From NCBI GenBank assembly GCA_041630155.1, contig JBFKLX010000004.1, positions 1 to 58,576 on the forward strand: DNA of 58,576 nt. The letters run 5' to 3'. Positions within the stretch are counted from its first letter, which is position 1. Each line of letters begins with the position of its first letter. The notes below the pieces were generated by a model, which made no database searches, was not told the origin of the DNA, and saw only the letters and a program-made list of their open reading frames with translations. The position numbers and the translations under genes are program-made. Of the stretch, positions 38,539-48,525 are shown piece after piece. This stretch comes from Acidobacteriota bacterium (GTDB lineage: Bacteria > Acidobacteriota > UBA6911 > RPQK01 > JANQFM01).

Positions 38539-38586
38539 AAGAACGGGGGCGACTCACGGGATCCAATTCTGCTTTAGAATGAGCGG

Positions 38587-41424
38587 ATGGACCGAGTGAC
38601 TGGCGACTCTCGGGGCAATTCGGGGAGCGCGGCCCGGCGCCGCTACGTTCCCGCCGTCGGCCCTCGACTGAAGAAACTCCTCTTCCTCGTGTTCGGGCTG
38701 TTCGCGGTGTTGACCGTGAACGCCGCCTACCTGGCCAGCATCTCCCTGCTGGAGTGGACGACCGGAAACGTCTACCAGAACTGGTTCTACCTGATCATGT
38801 TCCTGGCACATCTGGTCCTGGGCGTTCTCTTGATCCTGCCCGTACTGGCTTTTGGCACCGGTCATTTCCTGAACGCCCGCAATCGCCCCAATCGCCGCGC
38901 CGTCTACGTCGGCTGCGGGCTGTTCGGAACGGCGCTGCTGCTGCTGCTGTCCGGGATCCTTTTGACGCGGGTGGAAATCGGCGGAACCATCGTGGGCCTC
39001 CTCGACTCGCGGGCCCGGACGATCGCCTACTGGATTCACGTTCTCGCCCCCCTGGCGGCCATCTGGCTGTTCGTGCTGCACCGCCTGGCCGGGCGGCGCA
39101 TTCGCTGGCGTGTGGGTTTGAGCTGGGGGGCGGCAGCCGCCGGCTTTGCGATCGTGATGCTGATCATTCAGGCCCAGGACCCGCGCAGTTGGAACCTGGC
39201 GGGAAACCCACGCGGGGAGCAGTACTTCTTTCCTTCCCTGGCACGGACGGTGAGCGGCAATTTCATCCCTGCCGACGTGCTCCAATATGACGCCTATTGT
39301 CAGGAGTGTCATCAGGACGTCCACCGACAGTGGTCGCACAGCGTGCATCGGTTCGCTTCCTTCACAAACCCGGCGTATTTCGCGTCGGTGCGCGAGACGC
39401 GGCGAGTCGTCTTCCAGCGAGACGGCAGTGTCCAGGCCTCGCGGTTTTGCGCGGGCTGCCACGACCCGGTGCCCTTCTTCAGCGGCGAGTTCGACCAGCC
39501 CAGGTTCGACTCGCCCGACTACGACCTGGCGTCGGACCGGATGGCCGGCGCCGGAATCACCTGCACCGTGTGCCATTCCATCACACACATCAATTCCCCC
39601 CGGGGCAACGCCGACTACACCATCGACGAGCCGGTGCACTATCCGTTTGCTTTCAGTGGGAGCCGTGCCTTGCGCTGGATCAACCGTCAGCTGGTCAAGG
39701 CGAAACCAGAGTTTCACAAGCGGACCTTTCTGAAACCGCTGCACCGCACGACCGAATTCTGCGGGACTTGCCACAAGGTACACCTGCCGGAGGAGCTGAA
39801 CGATTACAAGTGGCTGAGAGGCCAAAACCATCACGACTCGTTCTGGCTGAGCGGGGTTTCGGGTTATGGTGTGGCCAGCTTCTACTACCCGGCCCAGGCG
39901 GAACCCAACTGCAATCAGTGCCACATGCCGTTGGTGGACTCGCAGGACTTCGGGGCCCAGGTGCGTGACCAGTCGGGGCGGCGCACCGTTCACGACCACC
40001 AGTTTCCTTCGGCCAACACCGCCATTCCGCATCTCCTGGGGATGCCCGCATGGGTGAACGAAGCGCACCGTAAGTTTCTCGAAGGTGTGATGCGAGTCGA
40101 CCTCTTCGGGATTCGGGAAGACGGTCGCATCGACGGCGCCCTGACCGCGCCTCTGCGCCCCCGTGTTCCCGCTCTGCGGCCGGGCCGAACGTATTTGCTG
40201 GAGACCGTGATTCGAACTTTGAAGATGGGGCATCATTTCACCCAGGGGACTGCCGACAGCAACGAGGTCTGGCTGGAAGCGACGGCGGGCCAGGGCGATC
40301 AGCTGATCGGCCGCAGCGGCGGGCTGGACCCATCGGGAGAGGTCGACCCCTGGTCCCATTTCGTGCGCGCCTACGTCCTGGATCGACACGGCAACCGGAT
40401 CGACAGGCGCAATGCCCAGGACATCTTCGTGCCCCTTTACGACAACCAGATCCCGCCGGGAGCGGCCGACGTGATTCACTACTCGCTGCGGGTTCCCCGG
40501 GGGGCGCGCGGAGAGATCACGGTCCGCATCCGCTTGCTCTACCGAAAATTCGATACCACCTACATGCGCTTCTTCCAGGGCGAGCGGTTCGAAGGGAACG
40601 ACCTGCCCGTCCTGGTGCTGGCCCAGGATGAAGTTACTTTCCCGGTGGCAGGAGAATCGACGGTCGCGGCGCCGGAATTCCCGCTCTGGCAGCGCTGGAA
40701 CGATTACGGCATCGGCTTGCTTCGGCGCGGCCAGCTGCGTCAGGCCGAGGAGGCGTTTGTGCAAGTCGAAGCCTTGGGATTCCCCGATGGGCCTCTGAAC
40801 CGGGCCCGCGTCTACCTGCAGGAAGGGCTGATTCAGGTGGAGGCGCCGGAAGCGCTGGCGCGGGCGCAGGCCTTCGCCGAGCCGCCTGCCAATCCCTGGA
40901 CGCTCCTGTGGCTGTCCGGGCAGGTGAATCACCAGAACGGCAACTATGACGAGGCCATTGCCAACCTGCAGGAGATCGTGACGGGCGGGTTTGCCCAGGC
41001 CCTGGGGCGCGGTTTCGATTTTTCCAAGGATTATCGACTTCTGAATCAACTCGCCCAGTCGCTTTTCCAGAGGGCCCGCCAGGAGCGCGGTGAGGCCGGC
41101 CGGGAGCGGCGCGACTCGCTCTTGCGCGAAGCGGAGGGCTGGTATTTGCGAGCACTGGTCTATGATCCGGAAAATCTAGAAGCACACTGGGGCCTGAAGC
41201 AGGTCTACCGGCTGCTGGGGGAGAGCGAGCGGGAAGAGCATCACAGCAGGCTGCACTCCCTCTACAAGCCGGACGACAACGCCCGAGACTATGCCCTGGC
41301 GGTGGCCCGCCGCAACGACCCGGCCGCCAACCACGCCGCCGAACGCGTGGTGATCTACGAACTTCGAAGAGAAGATCGGCCCGAGCCCGCCACCGGCCAG
41401 AGCCCCAAGAGAGTATCGCAATGA
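38587..41424 (+). CDS. Membrane-anchored pentaheme cytochrome c with C-terminal TPR region
   Basis: About 5 N-terminal TM helices with 4 His; CQECH, CAGCH, CTVCH, CGTCH, CNQCH; helical repeat C-terminus. Confidence 0.88.
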   Translation: MDRVTGDSRGNSGSAARRRYVPAVGPRLKKLLFLVFGLFAVLTVNAAYLASISLLEWTTGNVYQNWFYLIMFLAHLVLGVLLILPVLAFGTGHFLNARNRPNRRAVYVGCGLFGTALLLLLSGILLTRVEIGGTIVGLLDSRARTIAYWIHVLAPLAAIWLFVLHRLAGRRIRWRVGLSWGAAAAGFAIVMLIIQAQDPRSWNLAGNPRGEQYFFPSLARTVSGNFIPADVLQYDAYCQECHQDVHRQWSHSVHRFASFTNPAYFASVRETRRVVFQRDGSVQASRFCAGCHDPVPFFSGEFDQPRFDSPDYDLASDRMAGAGITCTVCHSITHINSPRGNADYTIDEPVHYPFAFSGSRALRWINRQLVKAKPEFHKRTFLKPLHRTTEFCGTCHKVHLPEELNDYKWLRGQNHHDSFWLSGVSGYGVASFYYPAQAEPNCNQCHMPLVDSQDFGAQVRDQSGRRTVHDHQFPSANTAIPHLLGMPAWVNEAHRKFLEGVMRVDLFGIREDGRIDGALTAPLRPRVPALRPGRTYLLETVIRTLKMGHHFTQGTADSNEVWLEATAGQGDQLIGRSGGLDPSGEVDPWSHFVRAYVLDRHGNRIDRRNAQDIFVPLYDNQIPPGAADVIHYSLRVPRGARGEITVRIRLLYRKFDTTYMRFFQGERFEGNDLPVLVLAQDEVTFPVAGESTVAAPEFPLWQRWNDYGIGLLRRGQLRQAEEAFVQVEALGFPDGPLNRARVYLQEGLIQVEAPEALARAQAFAEPPANPWTLLWLSGQVNHQNGNYDEAIANLQEIVTGGFAQALGRGFDFSKDYRLLNQLAQSLFQRARQERGEAGRERRDSLLREAEGWYLRALVYDPENLEAHWGLKQVYRLLGESEREEHHSRLHSLYKPDDNARDYALAVARRNDPAANHAAERVVIYELRREDRPEPATGQSPKRVSQ

Positions 41425-43265
41425 CCGAGCCGAGACGGGAAGATCATCACGACGAGTTCGTACCCGAGGACGACGCCATCATCGGACGCGCCTTTCGCTG
41501 GTCCCTGCTGGTGATCGTCCTGCTGGCCGCGGGAGCGGGGTTGGCCTGGTTCGTGTCACGCGACGAGGCGCCTGCCGAAGTCGTGCGTGACATCCAGCCG
41601 CGAGCGCCTGAAAGGCTGGTTCAGGAGAGCTCGGAGATGCCGGCAGTGCCTTTCACGGAAATCACCCGCGCGGCCGGAATCGACTTTCGGCACGTCAACG
41701 GCGCTCGCGGGGAAAAGCTGCTGCCGGAAACGATGGGCTCGGGAGCCGCCTTTCTCGACTTCGACAACGATGGCGATCAGGACCTCCTGCTGGTCAACGG
41801 AACGAGCTGGCCCCAGGACCAGGGCTCGGGACCAACAGGTCGGATGGGCCTCTATCGCAACGACGGCGCCGGGAATTTCACGGACGTTGCGGCGCAGGCG
41901 GGTTTGAGGGACAGTTTCTACGGCGTGGGTGTGGCCGCCGGAGACTACGACGGGGACGGATGGGTGGACCTGTTCATCAGCGCCCTCGGCCCCAACCGCC
42001 TCTATCACAATCGTGAGGGCGTTTTTCGAGAGGTCACAAAGAGCGCCGGTGTGGGCGGCGACCCGGAACAGTGGAGCAGTAGTGCCGGTTTCTTCGATTA
42101 CGACAATGACGGAGACCTGGACCTGTTCGTCTGCAACTACGTCCGCTGGTCCCGCCAGATCGATCTGGACCTGAACTTCACGCTCAACGGCCGGGATCGC
42201 GCCTACGGCCCCCCCACCAATTTCACCGGCACCCACTCCTACCTGTATCGCAACGAAGGGGAGGGAGTCTTCGCCGACGTCTCTGCCGAAGCCGGAATCC
42301 AGGTGGACAACCCGGCCACCGGCCGTCCCATGGGCAAGGCACTCGCCTTGGCGCCCATCGATCTGGACGCCGACGGGTTCATCGACATACTGGTGGCCAA
42401 CGACACGGTGCAGAACTTCCTGTTCCACAATCGGGGCGACGGCAGCTTCGACGAAATCGGCGCCTTTGCAGGGGTCGGCTTCGACGTGCACGGTAGCGCC
42501 ACCGGGGCCATGGGCATCGATACGGCCCACTACCGGAACGACTCGGCGCTGGCGGTGGGCATCGCCAATTTTGCCAACGAGATGACTTCCTTTCTGGTTT
42601 CGCAGGACGATCCGCTGCTGTTCACGGACGAGGCGCCGGGCGAAGGGATCGGCTCGCCCAGCCGCCTCAATTTGAGCTTCGGCCTCTTCTTCTTCGACTA
42701 CGACCTGGACGGCCGGCTGGACCTGCTGCAGGCCAACGGGCATCTCGAAGAGGAGATCAACCAGGTCCAGGCGAGCCAGCACTACGAACAGCCGGTCCAG
42801 CTGTTCTGGAACGCCGGGGCCCAGACCCCGTCCTGTTACCTGGAAGTGCCGCCGGAGAAATCGGGCGGACTGGCGCGCCCATTGGTGGGACGCGGAGCGG
42901 CCTATGCCGACATCGATGGTGATGGGGATCTGGACGTGATTTTGACCCAGCCCGGGCGGTCGCCCGTGCTGTTGCGCAACGACCAGAATCTTGGACATCA
43001 CTGGATCCGACTCGAGCTGGAGGGCCGGGGGCTGAACCGGGACGCCATCGGCGCCTGGGTGGAGGTGAGGGCGGGTGGCATCCGGCAGCGCCGCCAGGTC
43101 ATGCCCACGCGAAGCTACCTCTCGCAGGTCGAACTGCCGCTGACATTTGGATTGGGAACGGCGCTCTCGATCGATGCAGTGCAAGTGCGCTGGCCCGACG
43201 GCCAAATGCAAACGCTCGAGCCGTTGCCACCAGTGGACGCCCCGATCACGCTTCGCCAACCCTAG
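41421..43265 (+). CDS. CRTAC1 family protein (FG-GAP repeats + ASPIC/UnbV), N-terminal TM anchor
   Basis: ETMGSGAAFLDFDNDGDQDL, repeated DxDxDG loops, NRDAIGA, SYLSQVELPLTFGLG; ATGA overlap with the cytochrome gene. Confidence 0.92.
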   Translation: MTEPRREDHHDEFVPEDDAIIGRAFRWSLLVIVLLAAGAGLAWFVSRDEAPAEVVRDIQPRAPERLVQESSEMPAVPFTEITRAAGIDFRHVNGARGEKLLPETMGSGAAFLDFDNDGDQDLLLVNGTSWPQDQGSGPTGRMGLYRNDGAGNFTDVAAQAGLRDSFYGVGVAAGDYDGDGWVDLFISALGPNRLYHNREGVFREVTKSAGVGGDPEQWSSSAGFFDYDNDGDLDLFVCNYVRWSRQIDLDLNFTLNGRDRAYGPPTNFTGTHSYLYRNEGEGVFADVSAEAGIQVDNPATGRPMGKALALAPIDLDADGFIDILVANDTVQNFLFHNRGDGSFDEIGAFAGVGFDVHGSATGAMGIDTAHYRNDSALAVGIANFANEMTSFLVSQDDPLLFTDEAPGEGIGSPSRLNLSFGLFFFDYDLDGRLDLLQANGHLEEEINQVQASQHYEQPVQLFWNAGAQTPSCYLEVPPEKSGGLARPLVGRGAAYADIDGDGDLDVILTQPGRSPVLLRNDQNLGHHWIRLELEGRGLNRDAIGAWVEVRAGGIRQRRQVMPTRSYLSQVELPLTFGLGTALSIDAVQVRWPDGQMQTLEPLPPVDAPITLRQP

Positions 43266-43375
43266 CGTCGGAAATGCCGCGAAGAACTGAACGTCCGAGC
43301 TACCCAGGGGATGACGTTTCAGGGCCAGGATCGTCGCTGCGATGCCATCCACGGGCTCTGTGCTAGGATACCGGT

Positions 43376-44341
43376 ATGGTGGAGAAGGTGATTCTTGCCG
43401 CACCGCGAGGCTTTTGCGCCGGCGTGGTGCGGGCCATCGACATTGTCAAGATTGCGTTGGAGATCTATCCGAAGCCGGTGTACGTTCGCAAGGAGATCGT
43501 CCACAACCGGCACGTCGTCGAAGAGCTGAGAGGCAAAGGCGCTGTGTTCGTCGACGAGCTGGAGGACGTTCCCGAAGGCAAGACGGTCATTTTCAGCGCT
43601 CACGGCGTCTCCCCGCAGGTGAAAGAGCATGCGCGGCAGCGACGGCTCAAAGTGATCGACGCAACCTGCCCGCTGGTGACCAAAGTGCACCTGGAAGCGG
43701 CCCGTTATGCCAGCCGTGGATACACGATTGTCCTGATCGGCCACCACGGCCACGACGAGGTAGTCGGAACCATGGGCGTGGCGCGGGAGAGCATGGTGCT
43801 CGTGACCTGTGTCGAGGATGTGGAAACGCTCGAGATCTCCGACCCGAGGCGCGTTGCCTACCTGACCCAGACTACTTTGAGCCTGGAGGACACCCGGGAC
43901 ATCATCCGGGCCTTGCGCGCCAAATACCCCGCCATCCAGGGACCACCCTCCGAAGACATCTGCTACGCCACGCAGAACCGGCAGTTGGCGGTTCACGAGT
44001 TGGCCCGCCGGGCTCAGCTGATCCTCGTGGTGGGTTCCCAGAACAGCAGCAATTCGAATCGCCTCGTCGAAGAGGCCATGAAGGCCGGTGCACGTTCCCA
44101 CTTGATCGACGATGTGGATTGCATCGAAGAGGCCTGGCTGGAGGGGATCGGCAGGCTGGGCGTGACCTCCGGCGCCTCGGCTCCCGACATTCTGGTCGAA
44201 CAGGTGGTGGACCACTTTCGCCGCCGGGGGGCGGAGGTCGAAGAACTGGTCACGCGCCGGGAAAGCGTCCAGTTCGCGCTGCCGGACAACTTGCTGGTCG
44301 ATCTGACTCCGCTGGCGTCGGACACCGGCACTCCGGCCTGA
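43376..44341 (+). CDS. ispH: 4-hydroxy-3-methylbut-2-enyl diphosphate reductase
   Basis: PRGFCAGV, IVHN, SAHGV, DATCPLVTKVH, DICYATQNRQ, SSNSNRL, TSGASAP. Confidence 0.97.
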   Translation: MVEKVILAAPRGFCAGVVRAIDIVKIALEIYPKPVYVRKEIVHNRHVVEELRGKGAVFVDELEDVPEGKTVIFSAHGVSPQVKEHARQRRLKVIDATCPLVTKVHLEAARYASRGYTIVLIGHHGHDEVVGTMGVARESMVLVTCVEDVETLEISDPRRVAYLTQTTLSLEDTRDIIRALRAKYPAIQGPPSEDICYATQNRQLAVHELARRAQLILVVGSQNSSNSNRLVEEAMKAGARSHLIDDVDCIEEAWLEGIGRLGVTSGASAPDILVEQVVDHFRRRGAEVEELVTRRESVQFALPDNLLVDLTPLASDTGTPA

Positions 44342-44371
44342 GGCAGGGCCTCCCGCAAGCGTTTGTCTGGA

Positions 44372-44400
44372 TTGCTTGGCAGCAGCTGTCTCGCTACAAT
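44372..44400 (+). promoter_or_regulatory. Sigma70-type promoter, probably leaderless
   Basis: TTGCTT(44372-44377)-N17-TACAAT(44395-44400); GTG start 7 nt downstream. Confidence 0.65.
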
Positions 44401-44407
44401 CAGCCAA

Positions 44408-46123
44408 GTGAAAAAGCCGCCGCTCTATCCTACCTATCCCATCGAGACGCTCCGAGATCTGCTCGAAGAGGCAGTCCATCGTTCGAGTGTCAAGCCGGCC
44501 CTGGTCAGCAAGCGGGACGGTGAGTACCGGCCCACCAGTTATGAGGACATGGGGCGGCGAGTGCGGGAGCTGGCAACCTTTTTCGGCCAGCTGGGCGTGG
44601 AGCCGGGCGATCGGGTCGCGGTTCTGGGTGAAAACTGCACCGAGTGGGCGATCGCCTATCTGGCGACTGTGACCTCGGGCCGCATCGTGGTCCCGATCGA
44701 CAAGGACCTCACGCCCCGGGAGATGCGACACATTCTGGAGTACTCGGGGGCCACACTGCTGGTCTCGTGCGACCACTACCTCGAGTACTTCAAGGGAGAC
44801 CGAACCCCCTCGGCACTGCGCAAGACGATTTCCATGGAGGCCGAGGCGGAACATGCTGATTGTTCCTTCCCGGAGGCGCTCGCCCAAGGTGCTCGGCAAA
44901 TCGAAGAAGCCGGCTCTGGCGGCTTCGAGGACGCCAGGCCGTCAGCCGAGGACCCGGCGGCGATCATCTTCACCTCCGGCACCATGGGCAGCTCCAAGGG
45001 AGTGATGCTCACGCACGGCAATTTGAGCGCCAACATCGTTTCCACCTCGCAGATGGTCTCGATCAGCAAGGACGATGTCGTGCTGTCGGTCCTCCCGCTG
45101 CATCACACCTATGAATGCACCTGCGGCTTCCTCACCGCCCTTTACCAGGGCGCCACCATCTACCATGCCGAGAATCTGCGCCGCATCGCCGAGAATTTGC
45201 AGGAAGCGCGTGCCACCGTGATGCTGGGAGTCCCTTTGCTCTTCGAAGCCATCTACCGCCGGATCGAGAAGGGAATCGAAGAAAAGGGCGTACGCAAGTT
45301 CCGTTTGGCCAAGGGGCTGGCCTCGATCGTGCAACGGGTCTCGGGTGTCAACCTGCGGCGGCGTTTCTTCAATACCCTCCACGAACGCTTCGGCGGCAGG
45401 TTACGCCTGTTGATCTCCGGGGGGGCCGCCATCAATCCCGAGGTCTCCAGGGGCTTTCGCGGCCTGGGCATCAACTTCATCCAGGGCTACGGCATGACCG
45501 AAGCCTCGCCTCTGATATCGGTCAACCGGGAAGGCTGCCTCAAAGACGACAGCGCTGGACTTCCCATCCCGGGCGTGGAGGTCGACTTCATCGACGGGGA
45601 GATCGTCGTGCGGGGGCCCAACGTCATGAGGGGATACTACCTGAATCCGGCGGCCACCCAGGAGGCGCTTCGCGAGGGCTGGCTGCACACGGGAGACCTG
45701 GGTCACCTGGACAAAGACGGATTTCTCTATATCTCCGGCCGCAAGAAGGCTCTGATCGTCACACCCAACGGAAAAAACGTGTACCCCGAGGAGGTCGAGG
45801 CCGTCCTCAACGAGAGCCCGTTCATTCTCGAATCACTGGTTTGGGGCGGCCCCGAGGAGGATCCGGCTCAGGTAGAAGTGCAGGCTGTCATCGTGTTCGA
45901 CACCGAAGCCTTCGACCAGAAATTCGGCGCCAGCCGCTACCAGGCCGAGCGCGTCAATCAGGTGATTTCCGAGGAGGTGAAAGCCGCCAACCGGAAGCTG
46001 GCCAGCTACAAGCGGATCAAGAAGTTTACCCTGAGAGAAAGCGAGTTCGAAAAAACCACGACTCGGAAAATCAAGCGATATCTCTATACGGGAAAACCCA
46101 AGGCTCTGGAAGCCAGGTCGTGA
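44408..46123 (+). CDS. Long-chain fatty acid-CoA ligase / AMP-dependent synthetase
   Basis: IFTSGTMGSSKGVMLTH, QGYGMTE, WLHTGDLG, GKNVYPEEVE. GTG start inferred from the promoter position. Confidence 0.92.
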   Translation: MKKPPLYPTYPIETLRDLLEEAVHRSSVKPALVSKRDGEYRPTSYEDMGRRVRELATFFGQLGVEPGDRVAVLGENCTEWAIAYLATVTSGRIVVPIDKDLTPREMRHILEYSGATLLVSCDHYLEYFKGDRTPSALRKTISMEAEAEHADCSFPEALAQGARQIEEAGSGGFEDARPSAEDPAAIIFTSGTMGSSKGVMLTHGNLSANIVSTSQMVSISKDDVVLSVLPLHHTYECTCGFLTALYQGATIYHAENLRRIAENLQEARATVMLGVPLLFEAIYRRIEKGIEEKGVRKFRLAKGLASIVQRVSGVNLRRRFFNTLHERFGGRLRLLISGGAAINPEVSRGFRGLGINFIQGYGMTEASPLISVNREGCLKDDSAGLPIPGVEVDFIDGEIVVRGPNVMRGYYLNPAATQEALREGWLHTGDLGHLDKDGFLYISGRKKALIVTPNGKNVYPEEVEAVLNESPFILESLVWGGPEEDPAQVEVQAVIVFDTEAFDQKFGASRYQAERVNQVISEEVKAANRKLASYKRIKKFTLRESEFEKTTTRKIKRYLYTGKPKALEARS

Positions 46124-46141
46124 GGTCCCAGAGCTGCTGCC

Positions 46142-46507
46142 ATGGAAAAAGAGCAACGCCAGATTCTGGAAACCGTGCCCAACCAATACCCGGGACGGGA
46201 ATACGAAGTCGAGATTTCCTGTCCCGAGTTTACCTGTGTCTGCCCCAAGACCGGCCAGCCGGACTTCGCGACGATTGAAATCCGGTACGTCCCCGACGAG
46301 GAGATCCTGGAGTTGAAGTCGCTCAAGCTCTATCTGTTTTCCTACCGCCAGATGGGGATCTTTCACGAGCACGTCACCAATCGCATCCTCGACGATGTGG
46401 TGGCCGTCGCCCAGCCTCAGCGCTGTCGAGTGAGAGGCGATTTCAATGTTCGCGGCGGCATCAAGACGGTGGTCACGGCCCAGTTCGAGAAGGGGTCCGC
46501 TCCATGA
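46142..46507 (+). CDS. queF: PreQ0 reductase, type I
   Basis: CPEFTCVCPKTGQPDFA, ELKSLKLY, FHEHVTNRI, FNVRGGI. Confidence 0.95.
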   Translation: MEKEQRQILETVPNQYPGREYEVEISCPEFTCVCPKTGQPDFATIEIRYVPDEEILELKSLKLYLFSYRQMGIFHEHVTNRILDDVVAVAQPQRCRVRGDFNVRGGIKTVVTAQFEKGSAP

Positions 46508-47556
46508 CCGAGGGTTCCCGTCCAGAGGGCCCGGTTGAGCGAGCCGTGGCACTGACCCGAGCCCTGGTGGACATCCCCTCCGTGACCGGAGACGAAGGGC
46601 CGGTGATGGAATTCCTGGAATCCCACCTGCGAGCCTCCGGTTGGCCCGTGAGCCGGCAACCGGTCCAGGGAAATCGCTTCAACCTGTGGTGCTCGCCCAG
46701 CCGGCGGCCTCGTGTGATCTTCTCGACTCACCTGGACACCGTGCCCCCCTTCTTTTCCTCCCGGGAGGACGGCGAGTTCATCTACGGGCGCGGGAGCTGT
46801 GACGCCAAGGGCATTGCCGCCGCCATGGTCTGCGCGGCCTCCGCACTGCTCTCGGAGGGGGTCTCAGACCTGGGCTTGCTCTTCGTGGTGGGCGAGGAGA
46901 CCGACAGCATTGGAGCCCGCACCGCCGTTGTCTCGGGGGTCCAGGGAGATTTTCTGGTCAATGGAGAGCCGACCGACAACGCCCTGGTCACGGCTCACAA
47001 AGGCATCGTCCTGGGACAGCTCACGACTCAGGGGAAAACAGCCCACTCCGCCTATCCGGAGCAGGGAATCTCGGCGATCGACCGGTTGGTGGAGTGGTTG
47101 GGAAAGCTGAAGAGCGTCAGCTGGCCGCGCGACGGCGGGCTGGGCCAGTCGTACTTCAACGTGGGGCGCATCTCAGGGGGAGAGGCGGCCAACGTGGTGG
47201 CCGGTCAGGCCCGGGCTGAGTTCTTGATCCGCACCGTGGCTCCCAGCCGGCACTATCTCCGCTTGATGGATGAGAGCATCCCGGAGGGAGGCCAACTCGA
47301 GATCCTGAAGACGACCGAGCCGCAGCAGATGCTGGCGGTGCCCGGCTTCCCCACCCGGGTAGTGAGCTTCTCGACCGACATTCCGGCCCTGCGGTCCCTG
47401 GCCCGGCCGCTGCTGATCGGTCCTGGTTCCATCCTGGAGGCACACACAGCCGACGAGAAGATCGCCAAGCAGGAACTGCTCGACGGGGTGCGGACCTATG
47501 GCAGGCTGGCCCGCGCTTTGATCGACGCCGACCCCGAAGACTTCGACGAGGAATGA
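46504..47556 (+). CDS. M20 family metallohydrolase (ArgE/DapE-like)
   Basis: THLDTVPP, GRGSCDAKG, GEETD, GEPT, AHSAYPEQG, AHTADE. Confidence 0.9.
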   Translation: MTEGSRPEGPVERAVALTRALVDIPSVTGDEGPVMEFLESHLRASGWPVSRQPVQGNRFNLWCSPSRRPRVIFSTHLDTVPPFFSSREDGEFIYGRGSCDAKGIAAAMVCAASALLSEGVSDLGLLFVVGEETDSIGARTAVVSGVQGDFLVNGEPTDNALVTAHKGIVLGQLTTQGKTAHSAYPEQGISAIDRLVEWLGKLKSVSWPRDGGLGQSYFNVGRISGGEAANVVAGQARAEFLIRTVAPSRHYLRLMDESIPEGGQLEILKTTEPQQMLAVPGFPTRVVSFSTDIPALRSLARPLLIGPGSILEAHTADEKIAKQELLDGVRTYGRLARALIDADPEDFDEE

Positions 47557-48476
47557 AGATGTTGAGAAACCTCATGCTCTCGGCCGCCGAAAGCCCTTTG
47601 ATGGTGAGACTCTTTTCGTCCATGGGGAAAAGCTCCGGCTTGGCTTCCCGCTTCGTGGCAGGTGAAGAACTCGGTCAGGCCGTCGAGGTGGTGAAGGAAC
47701 TCAATCGGGCTCGAATCGTCGCGTCCCTGGACCTGCTGGGCGAAGGCGTCACGGACCCGGAAGCGGCGCGCCGTGCCACCGAGTCCTACATTGGCTTGCT
47801 GGAGGCGATTGCCGACTCAGCGGTCGACTCCAACATCTCCATCAAGCTGACTCAACTCGGCCTGGACATCGACCGCGACCTGTGCAGCGCCAACCTGGGC
47901 CGGATCCTGGATCGAGCCGAGGCCGACCAGAACTTCGTGCGCATCGACATGGAGAGCTCCGAATACACGGCTGTGACCCTCGAGTTGTTCGAGCAACATC
48001 TGGCCCGCTACGGGCCCCGGCGCGTCGGGGTGGTGATTCAGTCCTACCTCTATCGGAGCGAGGAGGACGTGCAAAGGCTGAGCCGGCTGGGCTGTAACAT
48101 ACGCCTTTGCAAGGGGGCCTACATGGAGCCCCCGGAAGTCGCTTTCCCCAAGAAGGCCGAGGTGGACGCCAACTTCGTCAAACTGCTGGAAGTGCTCTTG
48201 AAGTCCCCCTCCTACACGGCCATCGCTTCCCATGACCAGAAGATGATCGACCACGCCCGCCGCGTCGTCGCTGAGCAAGGAATCTCCGGCGACCGCTACG
48301 AGTTTCAGATGCTCTACGGGGTGCGGCGTGACTATCAACTGCAGTTGGTTCAGGACGGCTTCCGGATGCGGGTCTACGTTCCCTTCGGGACCGAGTGGGC
48401 GCCGTACCTGATCCGCCGCCTCGCCGAACGCCCGGCCAACCTTCTCTTCTTCACCCGCGCCATCTTCAAGAAGTGA
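47553..48476 (+). CDS. Monofunctional proline dehydrogenase
   Basis: SRFVAGE, SIKLTQLG, VRIDME, RLCKGAY, EFQMLYG, YVPFG..W..Y..RRLAERP. Confidence 0.95.
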   Translation: MKMLRNLMLSAAESPLMVRLFSSMGKSSGLASRFVAGEELGQAVEVVKELNRARIVASLDLLGEGVTDPEAARRATESYIGLLEAIADSAVDSNISIKLTQLGLDIDRDLCSANLGRILDRAEADQNFVRIDMESSEYTAVTLELFEQHLARYGPRRVGVVIQSYLYRSEEDVQRLSRLGCNIRLCKGAYMEPPEVAFPKKAEVDANFVKLLEVLLKSPSYTAIASHDQKMIDHARRVVAEQGISGDRYEFQMLYGVRRDYQLQLVQDGFRMRVYVPFGTEWAPYLIRRLAERPANLLFFTRAIFKK

Positions 48477-48525
48477 GCCTCCGGCGCGCCCTCTCGAGTC
48501 GGGAACTGGCTCGGCGGCGGCTGAG

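Noticed and set aside
38554-43403. Very long antisense ORFs (831 aa, 615 aa; similar ones at 5753-8929 and 29110-30429)
   Set aside because: They mirror well-supported genes in GC-rich DNA where stops are rare on the reverse frame, and have no recognisable motifs.
46100-46142. preQ1 riboswitch before queF
   Set aside because: Only 18 nt separate queF from the upstream stop, with no aptamer consensus.
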